This document shows, one piece after another, positions 9,547-18,348 of a stretch of 64,000 nucleotides of DNA. The position numbers and the translations under genes were made by a program. This stretch comes from Nanobdellota archaeon. GTDB taxonomy: Archaea > Nanobdellota > Nanobdellia > Woesearchaeales > JBHPFW01. Each line of letters opens with the position of its first letter. Positions within the stretch are counted from its first letter, which is position 1. The stretch is taken from contig JBHPFW010000004.1 in the NCBI GenBank assembly GCA_042571645.1, positions 20,430 through 84,429 of the forward strand, in the 5' to 3' direction. The notes beneath the pieces are model-generated. The model did not search any database. It was not told where the DNA came from and saw only the letters and a list, made by a program, of their open reading frames with translations.

Positions 9547-10224
9547 TCATACTGCTTCTATATCTCCCGTATAAGATATCAGAGTTGCACTGCTTATATC
9601 TTTTATATGATTGAGCTTTGAGACAAACTCGTTGCTATCTTTGTGCTTTAACCTCACTTCATAAACAGTCTCAAAATGGTTTGCTGTTGAAGTGGTGGTT
9701 CTTACTTTATGATTCCTGCAGTAATCCAGTATCACTTTCGTTATTTCAGGACCTTTATTTTTTGTTGATTTCAGGATAAGTATGTACGGCTGGCTGATCG
9801 AAATTCTTTTAGAAGCAATAACCAATATGCCTGCTATAAATACTGCGGATATGGCTGCTAATCTATAAGCTCCGACCCCGCACACAATCCCTGTCGCTAT
9901 TGACCAAAAAAGATAAGCTATGTCTTTAGGCTCTTTTACTGCTGTTCTGAATCTTACAATTGACAAAGCACCGATCATACCAAGTGACAAAGCTATATTT
10001 CCGCTTATCACCATCACAATTACAGATGTTATAACTCCAACCAATATAAGAGTAACATTAAAATTTTTAGAATACAACACTCCATCATATGTTTTTTTAT
10101 AGATATAGTAAATAAAAACTACTATTATGAGTGCTACAACCATATTCATTAACATCTCTCCTAAAGTGAGTGAACCTCCTTCAACAGATGATATCAAAAA
10201 ATCCTTAATTCCTTTCTTAAACAT
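9547..10224 (-). CDS. DUF4956-family membrane protein (copy 2)
   Basis: Motif ALSIVRFRTAVKEPKDIAYLFWSIATGIVCG. I prefer ATG 10224 (MFKKGIK...), which is preceded by GGGGGT, over the track start at 10260. Confidence 0.8.
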   Translation of the reverse strand: MFKKGIKDFLISSVEGGSLTLGEMLMNMVVALIIVVFIYYIYKKTYDGVLYSKNFNVTLILVGVITSVIVMVISGNIALSLGMIGALSIVRFRTAVKEPKDIAYLFWSIATGIVCGVGAYRLAAISAVFIAGILVIASKRISISQPYILILKSTKNKGPEITKVILDYCRNHKVRTTTSTANHFETVYEVRLKHKDSNEFVSKLNHIKDISSATLISYTGDIEAV

Positions 10225-10235
10225 TTTTTTACCCC

Positions 10236-10922
10236 CTAATCGATTGTTCTTGACATGCAAAATTTGCTTATCGCAGACCTGAAAAAGCTATGCACCTGCA
10301 ATATATCTTTAACTTCTTCAGGTATCCCTTTATTAAACTTGATCTCCATTATGACAAGATTATTGTTTCTAATAGACCTCTTGTCTTTTGGCTCTGAAAA
10401 GATATCAGAATGTGTCTCACTGAATGAAAGCTCCTCATCAAAAGTTATCCTGAAATTATTCAGGGGAAATGAAAAGGCCATCCTTTTGTAATCAACCATG
10501 GTAACAGGCCTGTAATAGTCCTTCTTAAACTGAGCATAGATCTTGTTCAAGATATTATTTTTATATTTGAGCAAAACATCGAGGTTGCCTTTTATGACTT
10601 CTTTTGCATCTTTCCTTGATATTATGACTGTTTCTTTCAATATCTGGTCGTTTGACTTGTTTTTTATCTCAAATTTGACATTATGGTCATCCAAATCATA
10701 GATTCTCATCCGGTATTTGCTTCTGGACAAAAGACCTCTTATTTTTTCAAGATATGCTCTGTTCATTACATTATCGAAATAAAGGCTTCTTACAAAATAA
10801 GGACCTTTTTCTGAATGCTTGTCAAAAGGAAGAACTTTTGAGAGTAGATTGCGCATTACAATATACTCAGGTCTTGTTATGTAATACTTAAGTTCATATC
10901 TCTTGAAAAATCTGGAGCTCAT
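10236..10922 (-). CDS. VTC-domain (triphosphate-tunnel, polyphosphate-polymerase-like) protein (copy 2)
   Basis: Motifs RYELKYYI, YFVRSLYFD and KYRMRIYD. ATGA overlap with the upstream CotH gene. Confidence 0.8.
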   Translation of the reverse strand: MSSRFFKRYELKYYITRPEYIVMRNLLSKVLPFDKHSEKGPYFVRSLYFDNVMNRAYLEKIRGLLSRSKYRMRIYDLDDHNVKFEIKNKSNDQILKETVIISRKDAKEVIKGNLDVLLKYKNNILNKIYAQFKKDYYRPVTMVDYKRMAFSFPLNNFRITFDEELSFSETHSDIFSEPKDKRSIRNNNLVIMEIKFNKGIPEEVKDILQVHSFFRSAISKFCMSRTID

Positions 10923-13666
10923 GAAGCTGCCTCCTTAAATCCGCTATTTCTTAATTTCTCAAAAAAGGCATCATAACCCAAAAAATCAAGTTTTGTCCTG
11001 GCAAAATCTGTATAATCTAATTCGTCAGCATCATAAATAACAGATTCCTTATCAGGATCAAATTTTTGCATATTCTTTGTAAAATCATTATCTTTGATGT
11101 AAGTTACACCTCCTCCGAATATTTGCTTTTTCCTGTATGATGAAATTGCTACGTTATTTTCTATAAAATCATTTCTTAATGCAAAAACTTCTGATAAGTC
11201 CTTAACAGCAATGCCCAAATTATTTTCTTTTATCTTATTGTTGTACAATATTGTTTTTGTATTCTCTCCAATACTTACTCCTTTGTCTTTGAAACTGTTG
11301 AACGAATTGTTCTCTAACAAGATAAGTGAACCGCTCAGATCAATCCCATCTCCATTGTCGTCCCCACCAGAATCAGTAAATTTTGAGTTATATACATAAC
11401 CTTTGCAGAAATCCAGATCTACTTGGTCTGCAAAATTATGTGAGAAATCACATTCAGATATTCTCACAGACGCTGTTTTTATATTAAGGCCGTCATCCCC
11501 TTTATTGTCATGTATAAAACAGTTATCCATTTCAACATCTGAATGGTATAAAGACAATGCACCTATACAGAATATGCCGTTTATAAAAGCATCCGATCCT
11601 CCTGAAAGATCAAGATAAGACACCTTATTGGTTGTCTTTCCATCTCCAATGACACAAAATGATCCAAATGGACCTTTTCCTTTAAAGTCAGAAATAACTA
11701 CTGGTTCTTTTTTTGTCCCTTTTATATCTAGAGGGCTGTAAGATAATATCGAAATTTCAGGCAGTATCTTTATCTCTGTTCCTGCTTCAATTATAAGAGT
11801 AAATCCTTCAGGGATCACTAGGTTTTCATCTATTTCATATGTGCCTTTTTTTATGATAATATCTGTTCTATTTAATTCTGCATCAATATTAAAATCTTCT
11901 TTAAGTGAACTGACTAAGAATTCTTTTTCAATTAAAGAATAATAAAGGTTTTGATCAGCATATTTTATTACTATGTTCTCGTCAGTTAATTCATTTCCGC
12001 TGTACGAATTTTTAGCCTCTATCTTTATGCCAGTCAGATTGATTTTTTCCCTATCCTCGAATGTTATCCTATATCTGAATTTTTTCTTCTTGGGATATAA
12101 TTCTTCATCTAAACCAGTGAATAATATCTTATCTTTAAATAAGTCCTTAAATTCTGTATCGCTTTTTTTTATTTTGTATTCTTTCTTTTCCTGTTTGTCT
12201 TCAATATCCCCAAAATCTTCAATAATTATTACTTCTTCATTAGCTAGGGGGGTATCTAAGATTAACATAAACTTTTCCATATTTATTTCTGCATTGCTAT
12301 CAGGAAAAACTGTGATATCCAGATAATTATCTTTTTGTTTTGATTCAACATAAATCATCGAATGTCTGAAATTTTTGTCAAGAAGATTGATATTGTTCAA
12401 TATTGTTTCATATTGTTTTTGGACCTCGTGTTTTATCCTTTTGCTGCCCCAAAGGATTGTATTGTCCTGAATAAGCAAAGAAGTATATTTTTTATCTAAA
12501 TAGTTATAATGATCTAAAGATTTTTCCTTATTTTTTAATAAGAAATATAATTTTTTATTACGTGATGACCTCATCTCATCTATCTTGACAAGTTCTCTCG
12601 GAAGCGCAGCAACATGATTAAGATTGTGTTCAAATCCTCCTTTTTCTGCAGTAAGAGGATTTATCGGACTTTCCAATCTTGCTATCAAAAAGAATTTTCC
12701 AGAGGAAAGGTCATAACCAATCCTGAGATTAAATAGACCTAAATCATGGTCCTTTCCGAGTATACTCTGCCATGCTAAAAAAGAGGCAGTTTTATCAGCA
12801 TCAAAAAGTTCTTCTAATTTTGCAGTATTATTTTCTGAGCTCGCATTGATCAATTCCATTACTTTTGTCAATATCTGTTTCTCATATTCGCTATCAATTT
12901 CTTCAAGACCTCCAATGCCAAAATCATCATACTCAAAAGCCACATTAATCCCGCCAATATTTTCTGTGCCAATAAGTTTATCAATAAAGCTATTGTACAA
13001 TTTAGTATTTGAATATCTTATCACAACAGAATCTGAAAGTTTGTTCTTTTCCAGGAATTCATTATCAATATTTTCTTCCATGTAATATATGCCTTGAAAA
13101 ACACCATTTTTATAGACTGCAGATAGATTCATATTCATAGAAGGCAGTTCAAGCAATTCTGCTATCTTATTTGAGAAAAGAGGTGCAAGAAGGGATCTGT
13201 CATGAGGAACTATGAAATTTATCCGTCTCATGTTGTCAATATATTCATCATTTTTTGTTTTTATCTTGAATGATTTCTTATAAAAACCGTAATGGGTTCT
13301 TGTTTCTCCGTGAAGTGCCATTTTTACATCATTGTATCTTTCCCCTTTGTAATCTAAGATAATTTTCCTGTAATCTCTTGCTTCTTCAGGTCTTGTATGG
13401 CCTTTTCCTTCTGTTTCAGATATGTTTATTGCTTTTTCAAAATACCTCATATCATTTGGAGAAAGATAAAATCTAAATGTAGGCAAATTTGCTTCAGTTA
13501 TTTGTCTTTTGTTCCTAAATATATTTATATCGTCAACAAGCTTTATCGCGATCCACCTTACCTGAATCAAATTAAAAACATTTCCTGTAAGTTCGTCTAC
13601 CTTGGGAACTACGTCAAACATAAAGACTTCGCTGTGATATAAAAATCCTAAAACTATCAAAAACAT
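10919..13666 (-). CDS. CotH-kinase-family protein with C-terminal beta-helix-like repeats (copy 2)
   Basis: CotH-like FYKKSFKIKTKNDEY. The C-terminal repeat region is paralogous to copy 1 (ILSYS..I.GTK.EP..I motif, followed by D/G/N-rich repeats). Confidence 0.75.
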   Translation of the reverse strand: MFLIVLGFLYHSEVFMFDVVPKVDELTGNVFNLIQVRWIAIKLVDDINIFRNKRQITEANLPTFRFYLSPNDMRYFEKAINISETEGKGHTRPEEARDYRKIILDYKGERYNDVKMALHGETRTHYGFYKKSFKIKTKNDEYIDNMRRINFIVPHDRSLLAPLFSNKIAELLELPSMNMNLSAVYKNGVFQGIYYMEENIDNEFLEKNKLSDSVVIRYSNTKLYNSFIDKLIGTENIGGINVAFEYDDFGIGGLEEIDSEYEKQILTKVMELINASSENNTAKLEELFDADKTASFLAWQSILGKDHDLGLFNLRIGYDLSSGKFFLIARLESPINPLTAEKGGFEHNLNHVAALPRELVKIDEMRSSRNKKLYFLLKNKEKSLDHYNYLDKKYTSLLIQDNTILWGSKRIKHEVQKQYETILNNINLLDKNFRHSMIYVESKQKDNYLDITVFPDSNAEINMEKFMLILDTPLANEEVIIIEDFGDIEDKQEKKEYKIKKSDTEFKDLFKDKILFTGLDEELYPKKKKFRYRITFEDREKINLTGIKIEAKNSYSGNELTDENIVIKYADQNLYYSLIEKEFLVSSLKEDFNIDAELNRTDIIIKKGTYEIDENLVIPEGFTLIIEAGTEIKILPEISILSYSPLDIKGTKKEPVVISDFKGKGPFGSFCVIGDGKTTNKVSYLDLSGGSDAFINGIFCIGALSLYHSDVEMDNCFIHDNKGDDGLNIKTASVRISECDFSHNFADQVDLDFCKGYVYNSKFTDSGGDDNGDGIDLSGSLILLENNSFNSFKDKGVSIGENTKTILYNNKIKENNLGIAVKDLSEVFALRNDFIENNVAISSYRKKQIFGGGVTYIKDNDFTKNMQKFDPDKESVIYDADELDYTDFARTKLDFLGYDAFFEKLRNSGFKEAAS

Positions 13667-13829
13667 GGCTAAAAAAATGCCAGTATATAATAGTAACTTC
13701 TTAGATGGTCTGCCTATATTAAAAACACCCCCGCTATGTGAAAATATTGTCGTCCAAAAAGCTTCTTTTATTCAAACTTGTGTAGTTGAATAAAACCGAT
13801 ATAAAATTATAAACTCTTGATTCTTCAAA

Positions 13830-15143
13830 CTATTTTCTCCCAACACCAACATACCTAAAACCTGTCTCTTTCATCTCCTGAGGATCCCAAATATTTCTTC
13901 CATCAACTACATTTGGCTGTTTCATCAGGAACTTTATTTTTTCCTTATCAAGTTCTCGGAATTCATCCCATTCTGTCACAACAACAAGGCAGTCGGCATT
14001 TCTAAGAACATCATAAGGTGTTTTACCATAGTCTACTTTTTTAAGGATTTTTTTGGCATTATTTATTGCAACAGGATCAAAAGCTCTGACTTTTGCGCCT
14101 TGTTTTTGAAGTGCATCAATAATTGTTATTGAAGATGCTTCTCTCATGTCGTCTGTTCTCGGTTTGAATGCCAGACCCCATATCGCTATTATCTTGCCTT
14201 TTAAACTACTGCCACAAAGATTTTTTATCTTTGGTATTATGCTAATCTTTTGCTCTTCATTAACTTCATGAACTGCTTTGAGTATCTTTAGATTCAGTTT
14301 GTTTTCCTTTGCAGTATTAATAAATCCCCTAACATCTTTCGGGAAACAACTGCCTCCATATCCGATACCTGCCTGTAGAAATCTTGAGCCTATTCTTTCA
14401 TCAAGACCCATACCTCTAGCCACTGTTTTAATATCTGCTCCTGTTTTCTCGCAAAGTCTTGATACCTCATTTATGAATGATATTTTAGTGGCCAGATAGG
14501 CGTTAGAGGCATATTTTATTGTCTCTGCACTTTTGACATCGCAGAACATTATTGGTTTTCCTGTTCGTTCTACAGGCTTGAAAAGTTTGTAGAGAATTTC
14601 TTTTGCTTTGTCATTCTCAACTCCAATTATTGTTCTGTCTGTATTGAAGAAATCCTTGACTGCCGCTCCTTCTCTAAGGAATTCCGGATTAGAAGCAACA
14701 TCAAATTTTATATCCCGTTTTCTTTTGTCAAGTTCTTTTTGGATTATTTTCTTTATCTTTTTTCCTGTTCCGACAGGTACTGTGCTTTTTGTTACTATGA
14801 CTTTATATGATTCAATAGTTTTTCCTAGTTCTTTTGCTACTGATTCAACAAAACTTAGATCAACACCGCCATCTTTTTTACTTGGTGTGCCAACCGCGAT
14901 AAAGATTACCTCTGCATTCTTAACAGCAGGTGTGCTTTTGTTTGTGAAAATAATCCTTTTTTCTTTGTGGTTTCTATCAACTAATTCTTTAAGGCCGGGC
15001 TCATATATTGGAATAATGCCTTTTTTGAGTTTTGCTAATTTTGCTTTGTCTATATCTATGCATATTACATCATTGCCTAGCTCTGCTAAACAAGTTCCTA
15101 AAACAAGGCCGACATATCCAGTGCCATAAACAGCTATCTTCAC
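13830..15143 (-). CDS. ugd: UDP-glucose 6-dehydrogenase
   Basis: MKIAVYGTGYVGLV Rossmann N-terminus and catalytic GGSCFPKD. Confidence 0.9.
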   Translation of the reverse strand: MKIAVYGTGYVGLVLGTCLAELGNDVICIDIDKAKLAKLKKGIIPIYEPGLKELVDRNHKEKRIIFTNKSTPAVKNAEVIFIAVGTPSKKDGGVDLSFVESVAKELGKTIESYKVIVTKSTVPVGTGKKIKKIIQKELDKRKRDIKFDVASNPEFLREGAAVKDFFNTDRTIIGVENDKAKEILYKLFKPVERTGKPIMFCDVKSAETIKYASNAYLATKISFINEVSRLCEKTGADIKTVARGMGLDERIGSRFLQAGIGYGGSCFPKDVRGFINTAKENKLNLKILKAVHEVNEEQKISIIPKIKNLCGSSLKGKIIAIWGLAFKPRTDDMREASSITIIDALQKQGAKVRAFDPVAINNAKKILKKVDYGKTPYDVLRNADCLVVVTEWDEFRELDKEKIKFLMKQPNVVDGRNIWDPQEMKETGFRYVGVGRK

Positions 15144-16528
15144 TTTAATACCTCTAAATTGTCTTTTATTTCTTTGAACTCTGAAAGTATTTTTAAAATT
15201 ATTCCTTTAATATCATCTAGTTTGTCTTTTGTCTTTGCTTCTGCTCTCACAATAAGCTTAGGAGATGTATTTGATGCTCTGACTAGCACCCATCCATCTT
15301 CTATTGTTGCTCTAACACCATCAATATCCAGAGTTTCATAATCTTTTTTTAGTTCTTCCTTTACTTTTTTAACAATCTCAAATTTCACATTATCTGGGCA
15401 ATCAATTCTCAATTCTGGTGTTATTGAATAGGATGGTATTTCTGCAGCCATCTGTGATAAGGTCATATCAGTATTTGAAAGGATTTCTAAGAATTTGCAG
15501 CTTGCATATATTGCATCATCAAAACCATAATAATCCTCTGCAAAGAAAAGATGACCCGACATTTCTCCAGCTAATAGAGCTTGTTCTTCTTTTAGCTTTG
15601 CTTTGATAAAGGAATGACCTGTTTTCCACATAATTGGGTGTCCGCCTTGGTCTTGAATATATTCTTGTAATGCCATTGAGCACTTAACTTCAAATATTAT
15701 TTTTGAGGCAGGTGCTCTCTTGAGAAGGTCCTTTGCCAGAATTCCTAAAAGGGTATCGCCCCATATTATGTTTCCTTGCTCATCAACTAGCCCTATTCTG
15801 TCAGCATCTCCATCATATCCTATGCCCATGTCTGCTTTATTTTCCTTTACTGCTTTTATCAGATCCTGCATGCACTCTGTTCTTGTAGGATCTGCAAGAT
15901 GATTAGGGAAATTTCCATCAGGTTCACTAAATAGCTCTATTACCTCACATCCAAGCTCTTTAATAATTTTTGGTGCTATCACTCCTGCACATCCATTTCC
16001 AGAATCAATAACAACCTTAAGTTTTTTGGCAGGATTCAAGCCTATTTTTGATTTTATCATGGCTTGATATGCTGGAACTATTTCCTCATTCTTTATTTTT
16101 CCTTTTCCTTTTACGAACTCTCCTTTTTCTGCAATCTCTCTTATTTCTTGGATTTCATCTCCAAAAAGAGCTCTAGCTTCATTTATGCAGAGTTTACAAC
16201 CATTGTATTCTTTTGGATTATGGGATGCAGTAATTTGTGCACCGCCATCTGATTTGTGATGGAATATTGAGAAATATAATGCAGGTGTAGAGCAAATGCC
16301 GACATCAATAACATTCACCCCTGTAGAAGTAATTCCTTTGATAAAGGCTTCCTTAAACTTAGGGGTGGTGGTTCTTATGTCTCCCCCAACTGTGATTGTG
16401 CCTTTGCCTTCAAGATATGTTCCAAAAGCTTTTCCAATAACAACAACTCCTTCTTCATCTATATCCTTATCAACAATGCCTCTTATGTCATAGGCTCTGA
16501 AAATTTCTGGATTAAGCATTTTAATCAA
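15140..16528 (-). CDS. phosphomannomutase/phosphoglucomutase
   Basis: Active-site TASHNP and metal loop GYDGDADR. 4 nt overlap with ugd. Confidence 0.9.
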   Translation of the reverse strand: MIKMLNPEIFRAYDIRGIVDKDIDEEGVVVIGKAFGTYLEGKGTITVGGDIRTTTPKFKEAFIKGITSTGVNVIDVGICSTPALYFSIFHHKSDGGAQITASHNPKEYNGCKLCINEARALFGDEIQEIREIAEKGEFVKGKGKIKNEEIVPAYQAMIKSKIGLNPAKKLKVVIDSGNGCAGVIAPKIIKELGCEVIELFSEPDGNFPNHLADPTRTECMQDLIKAVKENKADMGIGYDGDADRIGLVDEQGNIIWGDTLLGILAKDLLKRAPASKIIFEVKCSMALQEYIQDQGGHPIMWKTGHSFIKAKLKEEQALLAGEMSGHLFFAEDYYGFDDAIYASCKFLEILSNTDMTLSQMAAEIPSYSITPELRIDCPDNVKFEIVKKVKEELKKDYETLDIDGVRATIEDGWVLVRASNTSPKLIVRAEAKTKDKLDDIKGIILKILSEFKEIKDNLEVLK

Positions 16529-16543
16529 ATCCTCATTTGTCTT

Positions 16544-17266
16544 CTATGTTGCTGGTCTTTTCCATTCTTTTTTTACTTGTTCATATCTTTCTAATGTACC
16601 TGTGTCAAACCATCGGCCTTTGTCTTCAAAAGCAAAAAGCTTATGGTCCTTTGCCACAGCAGGAAAAATATCTGTTTCAAGCATGATTTTCTTTTTATCC
16701 TGTCTTTTTAATTCTTCAGCATATTCAAATACTTTTGGTTCAAATATGTAATAGCCAGAGCTTATTAGGTTTGATGGTGCCTCTTCTCTATTAGGTTTTT
16801 CAACAAAAGATGTTATTCTTTCACCATCAAGCTCAACAACACCATATTGGCTTGGATCTTCAACAGCTGTTAAGGCAATAGTGATTGTTGCTTTATTCTG
16901 ATCATGAAACTGAAGCATTTTTTTCAAGTCAAGATCAAAAAGGTTATCGCCATTAACAACCATGAATGTTTCCTGAAAATCTGTTTTATCCACAATATTA
17001 AGCCATCCTCCTGTTCCAAGAGGATCCTCTTCAATTAGGTAGTTTATCTTTATTCCTTCAACAGGATTTTTATCAAAATATTCTTTTATTTTGTCTGCCA
17101 TATATCCTATTGACAAATAAACTTCATTAATATCAAGTTTTTTCAAAACATCTATCACATGTTCTGTTAATGTTTTGCCATTAATGTCAATTAAGGCCTT
17201 TGGCATTTCATCTGTTAATGGTTTTAATCTCGTTCCCAAACCGCCTGCAATAATAACTGCTTTCAT
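16544..17266 (-). CDS. sugar-1-phosphate nucleotidyltransferase
   Basis: N-terminal MKAVIIAGGLGTRLKPLT signature. Confidence 0.85.
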   Translation of the reverse strand: MKAVIIAGGLGTRLKPLTDEMPKALIDINGKTLTEHVIDVLKKLDINEVYLSIGYMADKIKEYFDKNPVEGIKINYLIEEDPLGTGGWLNIVDKTDFQETFMVVNGDNLFDLDLKKMLQFHDQNKATITIALTAVEDPSQYGVVELDGERITSFVEKPNREEAPSNLISSGYYIFEPKVFEYAEELKRQDKKKIMLETDIFPAVAKDHKLFAFEDKGRWFDTGTLERYEQVKKEWKRPAT

Positions 17267-17290
17267 TTCTTATTATATTATTTTTTTAAA

Positions 17291-17932
17291 TTATTTTTTA
17301 GGCACAGACTCCCAATCTTTGAGGAATCTTTCAATTCCTTTATCAGTTAAATCATGCTTAAGCATTTCCCCAATGATTTTTGGAGGAATTGTTGCTATAT
17401 GAGCTCCAAAAAGAGCTGATTTTCTAACATGGTCCATGTTTCTTACACTGGCCACAATTATTTCTGTTTCAAAATCATAATTCTTGAATATTTCTGCTAT
17501 TTCCTTTATTAGCTGCATACCATCTTCTCCAATATCATCAAGCCTGCCAACAAATGGACTTACATATGTCGCTCCTGACTTGGCAGCAAGTAAAGCTTGA
17601 TTTGCTGAAAATACTAATGTGACATTTGTCTTTATGCCTTCTTTAGAAAGGACTTTTGTTGCCTTTAGGCCTTCTCCAGTCATTGGAATCTTTATTACAA
17701 TGTTCTTATGAATTTTTGCAAGTTCTCTGGCTTCTTCTACCATACCTTGGGATTCAAGACTTATTACCTCTGCAGAAATAGGTCCTTCAACAATGCCACA
17801 AATCTCTGTCACAACTTCCTTAAAATCTCGGCCTTCTTTGGATATTAAGCTGGGATTTGTTGTAACACCATCTGCAACATATGAATATTTTTTTATTTCT
17901 TCGACATTTGCTGTATCTATGAATATTTTCAT
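17291..17932 (-). CDS. tal: short transaldolase / fructose-6-phosphate aldolase (TalC/Fsa type)
   Basis: Motifs [22 protein letters not shown] and VIKIP. Length of 213 aa is typical of this type. Confidence 0.85.
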   Translation of the reverse strand: MKIFIDTANVEEIKKYSYVADGVTTNPSLISKEGRDFKEVVTEICGIVEGPISAEVISLESQGMVEEARELAKIHKNIVIKIPMTGEGLKATKVLSKEGIKTNVTLVFSANQALLAAKSGATYVSPFVGRLDDIGEDGMQLIKEIAEIFKNYDFETEIIVASVRNMDHVRKSALFGAHIATIPPKIIGEMLKHDLTDKGIERFLKDWESVPKK

Positions 17933-17946
17933 TCTAAGACCACCAC

Positions 17947-17986
17947 TTACTGTATTATTACTGTATTGTTTACTTTGTACTGTATT
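17947..17986 (-). promoter_or_regulatory. three copies of AATACAGTA(A) in the leader just upstream of the tal start codon
   Basis: The plus strand reads TTACTGTATT at 17947-17956 and 17958-17967, and GTACTGTATT at 17977-17986. Confidence 0.3.
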
Positions 17987-18141
17987 GTTTACCTTGTTTA
18001 ATTTCCAAGATTCTTAAACCTTTTTAAACCCCCCCGATTGCCTAAATAAAGGTTGTATTTAAAAAATTAACTGATAACACTGTTAAGCTAGAAGCTTCAT
18101 ACAGCTAATATGAAACCCTCGCGATTTATTCTAAATAAAGG

Positions 18142-18257
18142 TTATTGAGACTGTCAGAGCGAGTGCCAACCAATTACAGTTGCATCTCGCAATCATGAGC
18201 ATTGACGCAAAAACAAGTGATAAACAAGGGCACTCTTGGCGCTGACAGTCTCAATAA
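18142..18257. repeat. 116 bp hairpin / inverted-repeat element (MITE-like or structured RNA)
   Basis: TTATTGAGACTGTCAG (18142-18157) is the exact reverse complement of 18242-18257 (16 bp). The helix extends through GC (18159-60 / 18239-40) and GAGTGCC/GGCACTC (18161-67 / 18229-35). The loop is 61 nt. Confidence 0.6.
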
Positions 18258-18348
18258 TACCAGAAATAGAGTGTTTATATTAGCCGCTTCATGCAAAACC
18301 TTTATAAATCCATATTTTTCCTGGCTGATGAAGATGGGGGAATTTTGA

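Noticed and set aside
12615-12640. tRNA T-loop-like string GTGTTCAAATCCTCC
   Set aside because: The flanks cannot form T-stem, acceptor or anticodon arms, and the string lies inside the CotH copy-2 coding region. No tRNA-like cloverleaf was found anywhere in the window.
14608-15129. 173 aa plus-strand ORF antisense to ugd. The same applies to 1693..2193, 15159..16493 and similar ORFs opposite the TK and PMM genes.
   Set aside because: These are shadow ORFs inside strongly supported genes, with hydrophobic low-complexity translations and no independent signals.
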